A stretch of 64,000 nucleotides of DNA, from assembly GCA_951406725.2 (NCBI GenBank), contig OX597833.1, forward strand, positions 4,526,001 through 4,590,000, given 5' to 3'. A model generated the notes under the pieces. That model was not told where the DNA came from, searched no databases, and was given only the letters and a program-made list of their open reading frames with translations. Shown piece by piece: positions 24,479 through 37,100 of this stretch. Every line of letters starts with the position of its first letter. Within the stretch, counting starts at the first letter, position 1. Made by a program: the position numbers and the translations under genes. Source of the stretch: Octopus vulgaris (Eukaryota).

Positions 24479-27400
24479 ACATTTTAATGTCTGCTTTTCC
24501 AACCTAGTAAAGCTCAGACAAAAGATATTGAGATAATGCCTTTCCTGTTGCTAACTCTCACTTGTTTCCAAGTAAGGTACTATTTCACCTGGTCTTTCAA
24601 ACAAAGAACAGTTCAAAAGTGGTTGGACAAGTTGTCGAGGCAGATGTAAACAAATAACACAGAACACAAACAATGTCAAGATAAAGCCAAAACACAAAAC
24701 ACACAACAGACTTCCTACAGTTTCCATCAACCAGTTTAACTCCTAAGGCACTGGTCAGCCTGAAGTTATGTCAACAGTGCCATGCAGAAGGAACAAACAC
24801 AAAGTTATGTGCTTGCTTCCAATGCAAACATCGTGAACCCCATAACCATGCCTCAGCCATATATATCGACATCATTGTTTTAATGTCCACTGTTTCAGAC
24901 TTGAATGGGTCAGATGAAATTCACTAAGGCAGATTTTCTACAGCTGGAAGCCCTCCCTGTTATCAACCATCACCTGCTTCCAATGAAGGTAATATTTCTC
25001 CATAGCCAAATATATTTTCATGGAAGATTTGCGAAGAAAGGACACCGCTTGTATGACTGGGACATTTGTTTACAACTATTACATGATGTCAACACAAACA
25101 CATACACACACAGGTTTCTTTTGGTTTTCACCAACCAAATCTACTCACAAGTTATTGTTCGACTGGGGACTATAGTAGACAATGCTTGCCCAAGCTGCCA
25201 CACAGAGGGACTGAACCCGGAACCATTTGGTTAGAAAGCAATCTTCTTAACCACACAACTATGCCTGCACACACACATGCAAATACATATGAAAACGAGT
25301 CAAAGATCCTCACCAAATAATACTGTCCAGTTGGAAGAGAGGCAAAGCTGAAGGTGCCGTCTTCTTTCGAGGACATATGGCAGATGGAATTGTCCCCATT
25401 CTTCAAACTTTTCACTGGGGTCTTCTCACAATCAGTGACTAACTGAGAATAGAAAAACAAGAAACCAAAGATGGTTATTTCTGGAGAGCAAAATATTGGG
25501 GTTTGTAATCTGGGGCTGGGCAAGAACCCAATTCTAGCCAGAGAGGATTTATAATTAATTGATGATAGGGGGAGAGGGGGAGTGGGGATGGTGGAGAAGG
25601 GAGAGAGAGGGTGGGAGAGAGAGGGTGGGAGAGATGGGGATGGATTCGGGGAAGGAGGATGAGGAAGAGGCAAGGGAGGGCGGGGGAGGAGAGGGATGGA
25701 GGGGGAGATGGAGACAGAGAGAGAAGGGAGAGGGAGAGAGAGGAAGGGAGAGAGAGAGGGAGGAGAGAGAGAGGGGAGGGAGGGTGGAGAGGGAGGGTGA
25801 GGAAGAGGCAAGGGAGGGCAGGGGAGGAGAGTGATGGAGGGGGGAAGAGAGAGACAGAGAGAAGGGAGAGGGAGGGGAAGGGAGAAAAAGAGGGAGGAGA
25901 GAGAGGGAGGGATGGGGAGAGGGAGAGAGAGTGAAAGAGAGAGGGGGAGTGAGAGAGAGAGGGGGAGTGAGAGAGAGAGGGGGAGTGAGAGAGAGAGAGA
26001 GAGAGACAATGACTTACCTGTGGGTCTACTGTATCAGAATAGAGCAAGAAATTCACACCTTTAATAGGTTCCCCTTCACTAAATACGTGGCCCTGTTGGG
26101 GAAAAAGAAGGAATTGGTATTTGTAATAAACCTCAAAGAAAAAAAAACAAAAAGAATTACTGAAAACTGCTAGACTCAGTCAGTTGGTCATGGCTGGAGG
26201 CTTGACAATGTGCAGTTCGTGTGTGTACACACACATATATACAAACACATATACACAATAAGAGCATTGTAGTTCACTCGCACCATTGAAGTAAAATAAC
26301 CCCTTGAGTATCACAGGTGTTATATTCCAACACCCCACCCTACCCGGCGATAGGTGAAAATCCGCAAAATAGAAACAGTACTGTACTGTATATATTATTT
26401 TTATAATTTTTATATATTTTTTTTTTATATTTATCTCTCTATATATAAAGCTGAAGTTGTCTTCAGTGTATGGCAGGTTTGGTAGCCTTCAACTAACACT
26501 ATCTCCTCCGAGACCCTGCGATGCAAGTTGACCAAAATTGGGAGTATGATAGAAGAAGGCTTGCTCTTCCTTCCATAGAAGAAAACAATTCAAATTGGAC
26601 CATGTTAACACCAAAAATTATTTACATCAAAAAGGTGCTTTTTTTTCTATGAAAATCCCTATTTTTTACAATTTTTTGACTGCTGTGTCAACACTTTTCG
26701 GTGTATTTCAACCAGAAAAATGTTCATTTAAAGAGAATAACAAGCTACATAATGCAAAATTTTTACTTTTCAAAAATTCCAATTCTAAAGGGTCAAAACA
26801 AACCCAAACAACGCCAAGCGATACTGCTAGTTTATTATAAATGCAAAACGACACCACAGAGGAATCGACAAAACCTTAAATAATAAACTGCAATATGGCG
26901 AGGGATTACAGTATTGAAGGTGGAGGCGCAATGGCCCAGTGGTTAGGGCAGCGGACTCGCGATCATAGGATCGCGGTTTCGATTCCCAGACCGGGCGTTG
27001 TGAGTGTTTATTGAGCGAAAACACCTAAAAGCTCCACGAGGCTCCGGCAGGGGATGGTGGTGATCCCTGCTGTACTCTTTCACCACAACTTTCTCTCACT
27101 CTTCCTTCCTGTTTCTGTTGTACCTGTATTTCAAGGGGCCGGCCTTGTCACTCTCTGTGTCACACTGAATATCCCCGAGAACGACGTTAAGGGTACACGT
27201 GTCTGTGGAGTGCTCAGCCACTTACACATTAATTTCATGAGCAGGCTGTTCCGTTGATTCGGATCAATCGGAACCACGTCGTCGTAACCAATGGGGTGCT
27301 TCCATCCACAGTATTGAAGATGTATTCCCTGATATTAGCCATGGTGGTGAAAGCATGCTTCTAAGGTTAGCAATTATAAGACGCTATAATAAAAATGGTG

Positions 27401-30167
27401 ATGTGACTTACCACTACCGCCAGTATTAGACGAGCACTTGGTGGTAGCGATGGTATCGGGTGGTGGTAAGAAACTAATAGGAATGCTAAAGCATGAAGTT
27501 TAAAAGACAAAAGTTCTGACTTACGTTGACATCATAACCAGCTACGACCAAGTCCTCACTGATGAAGACATTATCGGAACCAACGGTCACCTTAATCTCA
27601 GACTGCAATTAAAGAACAAACAACAAAAGCAATTAGAATCAGAACTTCAATATGGCATCGGATGTAACACTTTCATTTAATATGTGTGTGTGTGTGTGTG
27701 TGTATGTGACTGCGTGTGTGACCGCATGTGTACCGTTGCCGATTTTTTCCCTCTGTCGGGCGTTGGGAGATTTTATTGAGCAAAAATACCAAAAGCCCCA
27801 CAAGGCTCCAGCAGGAGGTGGTGGCGAACCCTGCTGTACTCTCTCACCACAACTTTCTCTCACTCTTACTTCCTGTTGTACCTGTATTTTAAAGGGGCCA
27901 CCCTTGTCACAATCTGTGTCACACTGAATCTCCCCGAGAACTATGTTAAGGGTACACGTGTCTATGGAGTACTCAGCCCACCTGCACGTTAATTTCACGA
28001 GCAAGCTGTTCCGTTGATTGGATCAACTGGAACCCTCGTCATCGTAACCAACAGAGTGCCATGATATATACATATATCATCATCATCATCGTTTTAATGG
28101 TCACTTTGACATGCTTCCATGAGTCAAGTGAAATTTGTTGAGGCAGAGTTTTTCTAGGGCCAGATTCCCTTCATGCTACTGACCCTTAGTTGTTTCCCAG
28201 CAAAGTAATGTTTTTCCTTCATCCGGACAGGTTTTCACACACACACACACACACGTGTGTGATGGTGAAGTCTGTCTACAATTAGCAAGTGACATGAAGG
28301 ACAAGGGAGACAACCACAACCATCATCATCGTCGTCGTCACCACCACTGCTGCCATGTAAAAAGCACCCCGTACACTCTGTAAAGTGGTTGGCATCAGGA
28401 AGGGCATCCAACCATAGAAACCATGCCAAAACAGACAACTGAAGCCTGGTGCAGCTCCCTGGCCTCCTCGCTCCTGTCAAACCATCCATCTCATGTTAAC
28501 ATGGAAAACAGACCTTAAATGATGATGATGTTTTCATCCATGTGGTTCCAATACATGCAACATGTCCCATAGATATCCCTTGGGTAACGGGCTGAATAGC
28601 TGTTAGGCTGATGATGGCTATTGAGCCAGAAACATGCCCCTGACTGTCGTCACCTTGTCCCCCGACAGTCAGCCTGTCCTCTCCCTTAACAGCGTATCAA
28701 CTTTAGAGGAGTCTTGAGATTATCTCTCCTTCTCGTGGAGCCGTTCTCGGTTGTCAGCTGGGAATTGTGACATCCTCTAAAGCAGTGTTTCTTAACCATT
28801 TTCACTTATGGACCCCTTCGATTCCTATTTCACTCAAATGCAAACCCCACAATCATTCAATGTTTAAAAAAATCACGTTATATTTTTATACTTAAATGTG
28901 ATTAGGCATAGGAGTGGCTGTGTGGTAAGTAGCTTGCTTATGAACCACATGGTTCTGGGTTCAGTCCCACTGTGTGGCACCTTGGGCAAGTGTCTTCTAC
29001 TATAGCCTTGGACTGACCAAAGCCTTGTGAGTGGATTTGGTAGGCGGAAACTGAAAGAAGCCCATCGTATATATATATGTATATATATATATGTGTGTGT
29101 GCGTGTATGTTTGTGTGTCTGTGTTTGTCCCCCTAGCATTGCTTGACAACCGATGCTGATGTGTTTACATCCCCGTAACTTGAAATAGATATCTTTATGT
29201 CTCTGTCCTGTTTGCAGTCAGCTAAAAGACATACCTTCATCTCATTCCAACCCTGGTACTTTCTAGACAAACAGTACTGACTTTCTTCGCAGCGTCAAAA
29301 TCCTAAGGACTCTAAAAGAAAAAGTTGCCCAGTAAAATGTGTTTATCCAGGTCCTTTTTTTTTTGTCCTTTCCATTGTCATAAATGCCCCCAAGCTGGTC
29401 TGGTTCAGTTATGTTTTGTTTCAGATTGGATTGGATTAGATTTAGATATATTTGAAGGAGAGATTACAAAAGAAAGGAAGGAAGGAAAGAAAGAAAGGAA
29501 GGAAGGAAGAAAGGAAGGAAGGAAGAAGGGAAGAAAGAAAGAAAGAGACAAAGAAAGAAAGAAAGAGATAAAGAGAGAAAGAGAGAAAGAAAGAAAGAGA
29601 GAAAGAGAGAAGGAAAGGAAGGAAGAAAGAAAGAGGGAAAGAAAGTGATAAAGAGAGAAAGAAAGAGAGAAGGAAAGGAAGGATGGAGAGAGGGGAGAGA
29701 GAGAGAGAGAGAGAGAATGGAAAGAAGGAAGGAAGGAAAGAAAGAAAGAATGCTAGACAGACAGACAGACAAATATACATATATATATATATATATGAAA
29801 ACTTTTGTTTTTTCTCTTTTACCTTCTCAAACTTCCAGATGGGATGTTGGCCCTTTATAATATAATCCCCTGGTAGAACTTTCCGGAAATAATAACTGTG
29901 AAGAAATGAAGAGGAAGAGGATTTCAATTACATTTAAAAAAACTGGCAGAAAAGACAAACATTGTCACAAGAGGTTGGACAAACACTCTGGACAAGGAAG
30001 TTCTTGGTTATACTGTAGGACATGTTGGTCACAGATGGACTGTTTTTAATCACAGGCCTATTCAAAGCTGATCTGGGATTAAACAACAATAATTAGTTGG
30101 ACCATGATTGTTATAGATTTAAACACCACAGAAATCACATTATTTCTATTATTAAAGTTACTTTTAA

Positions 30168-30219
<52 letters not shown>

Positions 30220-30911
30220 GAGTGAGAGAGCAGTGAATGCTATCAAAGTGACACTGGGGTAAAATATACGAAGCCCAGTATACCCATCATGAAAACTTCC
30301 ATCTGATAAGGGTACACCAGGCATTACAGCCATATGTGCGCGACATGGTGATCTCATATCAAGATAAACAGCACATGACCTTGCAGGTGGGGCCCAGTTA
30401 TAATTTTCTTCTGGTCGAGTAACCCATCCCACTCAAAAGGTCCCTGAATAAGGATTGTTTAAGGATGTTGAATGAAACACCCATGTTTCCAGAGGTGAAT
30501 TATTCAAACCCCAAAGAATCCCTCTCAACCAACACATGGCTATGATGCTCCCCACTACTTCTGCACATGATCAGAGATGCACATATCGTCAGCCACAAAG
30601 GGACATGCTCAACTGGTTAAGGTCAAGCAACTGGCAAGCAAATCTGTGGTATTAAGCAGATTATTATTATTATTATTATTATTACCAGTGGTCCACATGT
30701 ATAACAAAAGTCATAGGACGTAAAATATTTGTTTATCAGTGTATAAATACACGAAGGGAAGACCACCAATAGGACTTCTTACATGCCAGAAAGAGCAGTC
30801 ACAAACCAAACCATGAAAAAAAATTCCTAAGGCACGCTGCATGTGAACACTAGAATGAATAAAAATTCAGTAAACCTTACACTCATGAGTTTCACTGTTA
30901 ATGACTTAAAA

Positions 30912-30942
<31 letters not shown>

Positions 30943-33900
30943 TAAATCAATCAATATTTTCGTGGTTTGTGTTGTGACTGCTCTTTCTAACATGTAAGAA
31001 GTCCTATCGGTGGTCTTCTCTTAATGTATTTATACACTCTGATAAACAAATATATATATATAACTATGAGAGAGAATCCACTATGTGGACGCTCTTACGC
31101 TAGATATAGATCCGCAAAGGGACTCAACCACTAAGAATTGTTCTCAAGAAATAACTCATCACACCAAGTGTTGAATTATTTCTTGAGAACAAGTGGTTGA
31201 GTCCCTTTGTGGATCTATATCTAGCGTAAGAGCGTCCACATAGTGGATTCTCTCTCATAGTCGTGTATTAATAATATTTACTGAATCTCAGTCTTTTATA
31301 CGCTAGGCCACTTGGTGTTTAAATTGATGTTATTAAATTAATATTCAATTTTTTCCCCCTCATTTTGACTTTAATTATATATATATATATATATCACCTC
31401 CTCCAAAAGAGTTTTTTTTTTGCCTTGCAAGTACTTGGTGACCCTGTCAGTGAAAGTGTCACTTAAGAACACCCAGTCCACACTGTAAAGTGGTTAGCAT
31501 TTGGAAGGGCATCCAGCTGTAAAAACTTTGCCAAAACCGACCTCGCCTGTGCTTTTGCCACATAAAAAGCACTGTGCCCATTCTGCTGAGTGGCAGGTGT
31601 TAAGAAGGACATCCTGCCAAAACAGTCACAGAAGTCTAGTGCAGGCTTCTACCTGGCCAGATCTTGTGAAACCATCCCACCCATGCTAGCATGGGAGGCG
31701 GATTTTAAACAATGATAATGAACCTTCAACACAGTTTCCGTCTACCAAATTCACTCACAAAGCATTGGTCAGCCTGAGTCTACAGCCCAAGGTACTCCAC
31801 AGTGAGACTGAACCTGAAACCACATGGTTGCAAAGTGAGCTTCTTAATACTACAGTCATGCTTGCACCTGTAACAGGTGAACAATCTAATTTAACAACAG
31901 AAATTACAAAATGCAAAAAAAAAGAAATTGCATGGAAACACTTACAAATCCCCTTCTTTTGACACTGTGGTCTGTAATACTTCAGAGCCATCAGAAGTCA
32001 TCAGGCTCAGTTTCACATTTCCAGGACCAGTCTTCTCACCTTTACTCAACACCTGTGTAGATAAAAGCAGATAAATGTCTGATTAAAATATTTTAAACAA
32101 TTACAACATAGTGAAAAAATGAAAGACACAAACAAACAAACAGAGGTTTATTTGATGGAGCAAATCAGTTGTTTGCTGATTCCGGTTAACAAAAGATCAT
32201 GTTCTTGGGAGTTTTCTCCATCTGGCAAGGGTAATTTCAACTGATGAGACACACAATGAGGTCGAAACACCACAGTATCTCAAAGACACCTTTCATTAGT
32301 GAATCACGTATGTTATGAACAAACGTCACTTTAAGGCAGGAGGTATTCTCTGGAGGTGAAAAGCAACAACGATCAGCATGGTGGTAGTGGTGTTGGCGGT
32401 GGTGTTAGTGATGGCAGTGGGTCTTTGAAGTATATAGCCAGTCATTCTTCATGCCTCTGAAGGCATAAGATTATCAGTTTTATTCTTCTGGCAGAAACGT
32501 TGGCACGTCGGGCGAAATGCGAGGCCGTATTTTGTCTGCCGTTACATTCTGGGTTCAAATTCCGCCGAGGTCGACTTTGCCTTTCATCCTTTCAGGGTCG
32601 ATAAATAAAGTACCAGATTCGCACTGGGATCGATGTAAGCGACTTAATCCGTTTGTCTGTCCTTGTTTGTCCCCTCTATGTTTAACCCCTTGTGGGTAGT
32701 AAAGAAATAGATTCTTCTTGGATCCTAAAGTGAATTATTAGACCAATATTGGCATAAAATCCATGGTTAAAGTGGAAGGTGTGTGATAGCAGAATCAGGA
32801 CCCAATGGGAATCTTGCTTTCCATACAATCATCATCACCACCACCACAACAACAACAATCACCACCATCATCATTATCATCATCATCATTTCTGATCCTG
32901 AGTGCTGTACTCCAGAGTACACAGAACTCGTTATGCCAATGTGAATGATCTTGAACAAGATGTCCCCAAGAAGACTGCTCCAAGTTACTCTTTTTGAAGT
33001 AAGGTGCCCCATGAAGATAATCAACTGGCAATGTTGTTCAAACAAGAGATAGACTGCTTTGGGGGATTTGTCTTGAAACTCTGCACTGCGAGTTCAAGTC
33101 CTGATCAAATCAACTTTAACCTTTCATTGAGTAAATAGAAAGGAAGTCAATAATAAATGTGGCCACCCAGGGTGTTGCATTGGATTGGATTGGCTGTTGG
33201 ACAAGAGATGTCTTGCAGTACCTGCCCCAGATCTTTATGTTATGACCAAAAGGACATCATCATCATCGTTTAACATCCGCCTTTTATGCTGGTATGGGTG
33301 GGTCACTGGTTCCAAACCATATCCGACCTAAATCAGTGCCCTTTCCTTTTGACAACATTGGTAGCATGAAGAGAGGGGAGACTCAGTCACACCATTCCAA
33401 ACATGTCACACTATGCCAAATCGAGCAACGCTATTCTACAAAGAAGAAACACAAGACTTACCATTCCACGGATGGAGAAACCCTTGAATTGGAAGTTTAT
33501 GTCTTCTCCTAAACTGCATTTGTCTGTGCTGCCGTCTACATGTAAACGGACAGATTCTGGTTCTGAAAAAGACAGAATTCTAATGTTAGTTGCCCTTTTC
33601 ATGAATATACTTCATATTTATTTCTTATTGTTACTAGGGGTTAATAGATCAGTGTAGTTGCTTCAGGTCCGTTGATCAGTGGGGTTGTTAGGGTCAGTAG
33701 ATCATTGGAGTTGATAGAGGTCAGTTGACTAATGATGGAGTAGCCAGGGGTTGCTAGATCAATGGATTAGATGAATATATTAAGATTTTATTTTATAGTT
33801 GGGTGTCCTTCCTGCCACTAGTTCAAACCTATATTACAAGGGATCTCTTATTTCAGAGATCTTTGAAGGCCCAAAGCCAGTGAAAGATCTGCAGATGGAA

Positions 33901-34139
33901 GAAATGACAATATCCCTGGTTGTAGCTCACAATTTTTAGAGAAGCCACAAATGGAAACACACACACACACAACAGGTCAAAACTGGTTTTCTCTACCACA
34001 TCAACTCCCAAGGATTTGGTTGACCCAGAGGTATAGCAAAAGACACTTGCCCAAGACAGTATAACCAGGATGGCAAACAGAAGGACTGAACCCAAACCAT
34101 GTGGTTGAGAAGCAAACTCCTTAACCACACAGCCAGCCT

Positions 34140-34170
<31 letters not shown>

Positions 34171-37100
34171 TATGTAGAATTAATAATAAAATTTAAAAAA
34201 GTCAGAAGTTGGTGAAATACTATTGAGTGCTTGTGTTCTTCATAGATATTTTCGAAAAGTATGACTCTGCACATTCCAAAAATCTCTATTAAGAACAAAA
34301 ACATTAAAACCACGACAAATAATAAACATTATGTCACCAACCTCTGACTTCTTTCTTTTTTACTGATATATAAAACCTATACAATACTACAGACACAATA
34401 CATATATATATATATAAAGTTAATCCAAACAAGAAAGCACAAAAAAACACAACAACGCAAGGACGTGGAACAAATATAGTATTATTGGACACTCAGGAAA
34501 AAAGGAGGGTTTAATGTTTCGAGCAGAGCTCTTCGTCGGAAACATAGGAAAAGGAAAGATACAGAGAAGGGAAAACAGAGGAAAAAAAAATCCCCAACGG
34601 TACACACGGGGTCACATTTTGAATATATATATACATACACATACAATCCTCTTTTCATGCTTGCATGGGTTGGATGGTTTCACAGGAGCTGGCAAGTCTG
34701 AAAGCTGCACCAGGCTTCAATTGTTTGTATTGACATGGTTTCTACGGCTGGATGCTCTTCCTGATGCCAACCACTTTACAGAGTGTACTGGGTGCATTTT
34801 GCATGGCACCAGCACCAGCCAGGTCATGGAATACCTTGCAGGACAAAAGACTCTTTGACTGATGGGTGAGCAATATTAAAGGAGGTGGCTTTGTGCCATG
34901 CGATGAGAGGTAGGGGGAGAGTAGAGGAAGAGAAGGGGATGTCTTGCAGTAGGAGATACATGGCTTCCTCAATTGGGAGAGAGAGGAGAGGGGAGTAGAG
35001 AGAAAAGAGAGAAAGAAAAGAGAGGGTTTAGTGAAAACTTTTAAAATATAAAGGGCCAATTTCTATTGGATGTTTACAAACTTGCAGTTCAGTTACTCCA
35101 AGAATTCTCAGCAAAATTCCATCACACAATTTCAACTTGTAAGAGATGTCTCCTTTATTCTAGAAAGAAAAAGTAAAGGAAGGCAAGGACTAGTTTTAGG
35201 GATCAGACAATCTTTAATGATACTTACCAAAACTCCAACCTGGTGGTGGTTCAACTTGCAAGATGAAGTCCCCTTTATCATAGAGTGGAACAAGATAGTA
35301 GCCATTGTTGGGGGCACAGTCTGTTTGGTATTTTATGCTTCCTTGTAATGTGTAGAGTTTCATCTGAAGAAGGAACAAGGCAAGAATTGATGTGAAGGGG
35401 ACAAACTTTTGTTGTAAATGTTCAGGGATTAGAAAACTAACAGACAAGTCAACTAGTTAACCCATATCCTCGAGGGAATAATAGTAAATTAAGGGGCAGC
35501 TGGGTTCTACTAAAATGTCTTAAACAAACAGGATAATATATCTCATCTACAGACACAAAATCATTTGAATCTACAATGTTGCGACCAGAATTTCGGAACC
35601 ATAACCTTAGAGACACTTAGCTTCATTTTTCAGAGAATTTTTTTTCAAAATCTTTAGCCATTTCATACCAATCTACCAAAGATTGCTTTGATTCTATGAT
35701 AATAACTTCAGGTTTGAAGTGACTTTAATTAAGACCATCCATCGAATTTTCAAGCCAGTTTACTAAATTCTTCATTTTGTTCAAAATTAATTGAAACAAG
35801 AGCAGAGTAATTAACTGAAACAGAAATATAGTAACAAAAGATTTAACATCACCTAATTTAAAATATTCCATCAAAATTTTATGTTAATTATGTCCTAAAT
35901 ACTAGATTAATAATTTTAAAGTTATTTTATAAATTCCTTCATTATTTTCAAAATTAACTGAAACAAAAGTGTTAATGAAGAAAATTAGTAAAGATTTCAT
36001 TCGTTGAAATATTGAAAAAATTAAAAATTCAAAAATGAGGAAGAGATTCATAATCTCAAAATTATAGTAATTATCTTTTATGACTGCAGGTGTGGCTGTG
36101 TGGTTAAGAGGTTTGCTTCCAAACCACATGGTTTTGGGTTCAGTCCAACTGTGTGGCACCATGGGCAAGACTGACCAAAGCCTTGTGAGCAAATTTGGTA
36201 GACAGAAACTGAAAGAAGCTCGTGCATGTCTCCTTGTCTTGGTATTGTGGGATGAGTGACCCCGTCATACAAGCTGTGTCCTTCATTTCCAATAGTCTGT
36301 GAGAACAAGTCTAGTTATGGAGCAATATTACTTCGCTTCGGGAGCAGGTGATAGTTAACAACAGGAAGGGCATCTGGCCATACAAATCTGGTTCAATAAA
36401 CTCAGTCCAACCCATGCAAGCACAGGTAGTGGACATTAAAACAAAAACAATGACTATATGTAATTGACTGTATTCTGTAATCAGCTTTTATAAGAAATAG
36501 GGTCCTACCTGCTAACAAGATTATGATAAGGAAACATTTTCATTTTGAATAAAAAACTCATTTGATCTAATCCACAGGTTCTATCGCCCAAAACTATGTC
36601 ACAAAAAGTCCAGTGGGTGACAGGAGACTATGTCAAACCTAGACATACCTTTGACATAACTCGACAGAGGCTGCAGGCTCAAAGAACCAGTTTAATCCAG
36701 ATTAGCTTTAACCAAACAGATTATACAATCTGCTCGGTTAAAGCTAATCTCAAGGATTATAACAAGTGAATAATATGTACAATGGGATGGAGGTGAGACA
36801 GATTTCAATGACTGTGTAAAATAAGTGAATGACGACATGTTATTAAAAAGGGTGGAGAAAATATTGGCAGTATTTAAAAATATTTTAATCAGATTTAATA
36901 ATATTTAGATTTGGTAATTTTTTTATTTTTTGACACAAAAACTTAACAAGCAAATATGAGTTAATAAGTTTAGATTTGAACAATTAGAAAATATTTATTT
37001 CTTAATTCAAGTTCTGTCCTGATTGAATAGAACTATAGAGAAAAGATCTTCCAGCTGTGACCACCCCGATTTTTTTTTAGACATAGTATATATCTTTCTT

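Noticed and set aside
26921-26995. tRNA-like sequence (also 58152, 42262, 2510-2585)
   Set aside because: SINE heads followed by SINE body and flanked by TSDs; no proper acceptor stem closure.
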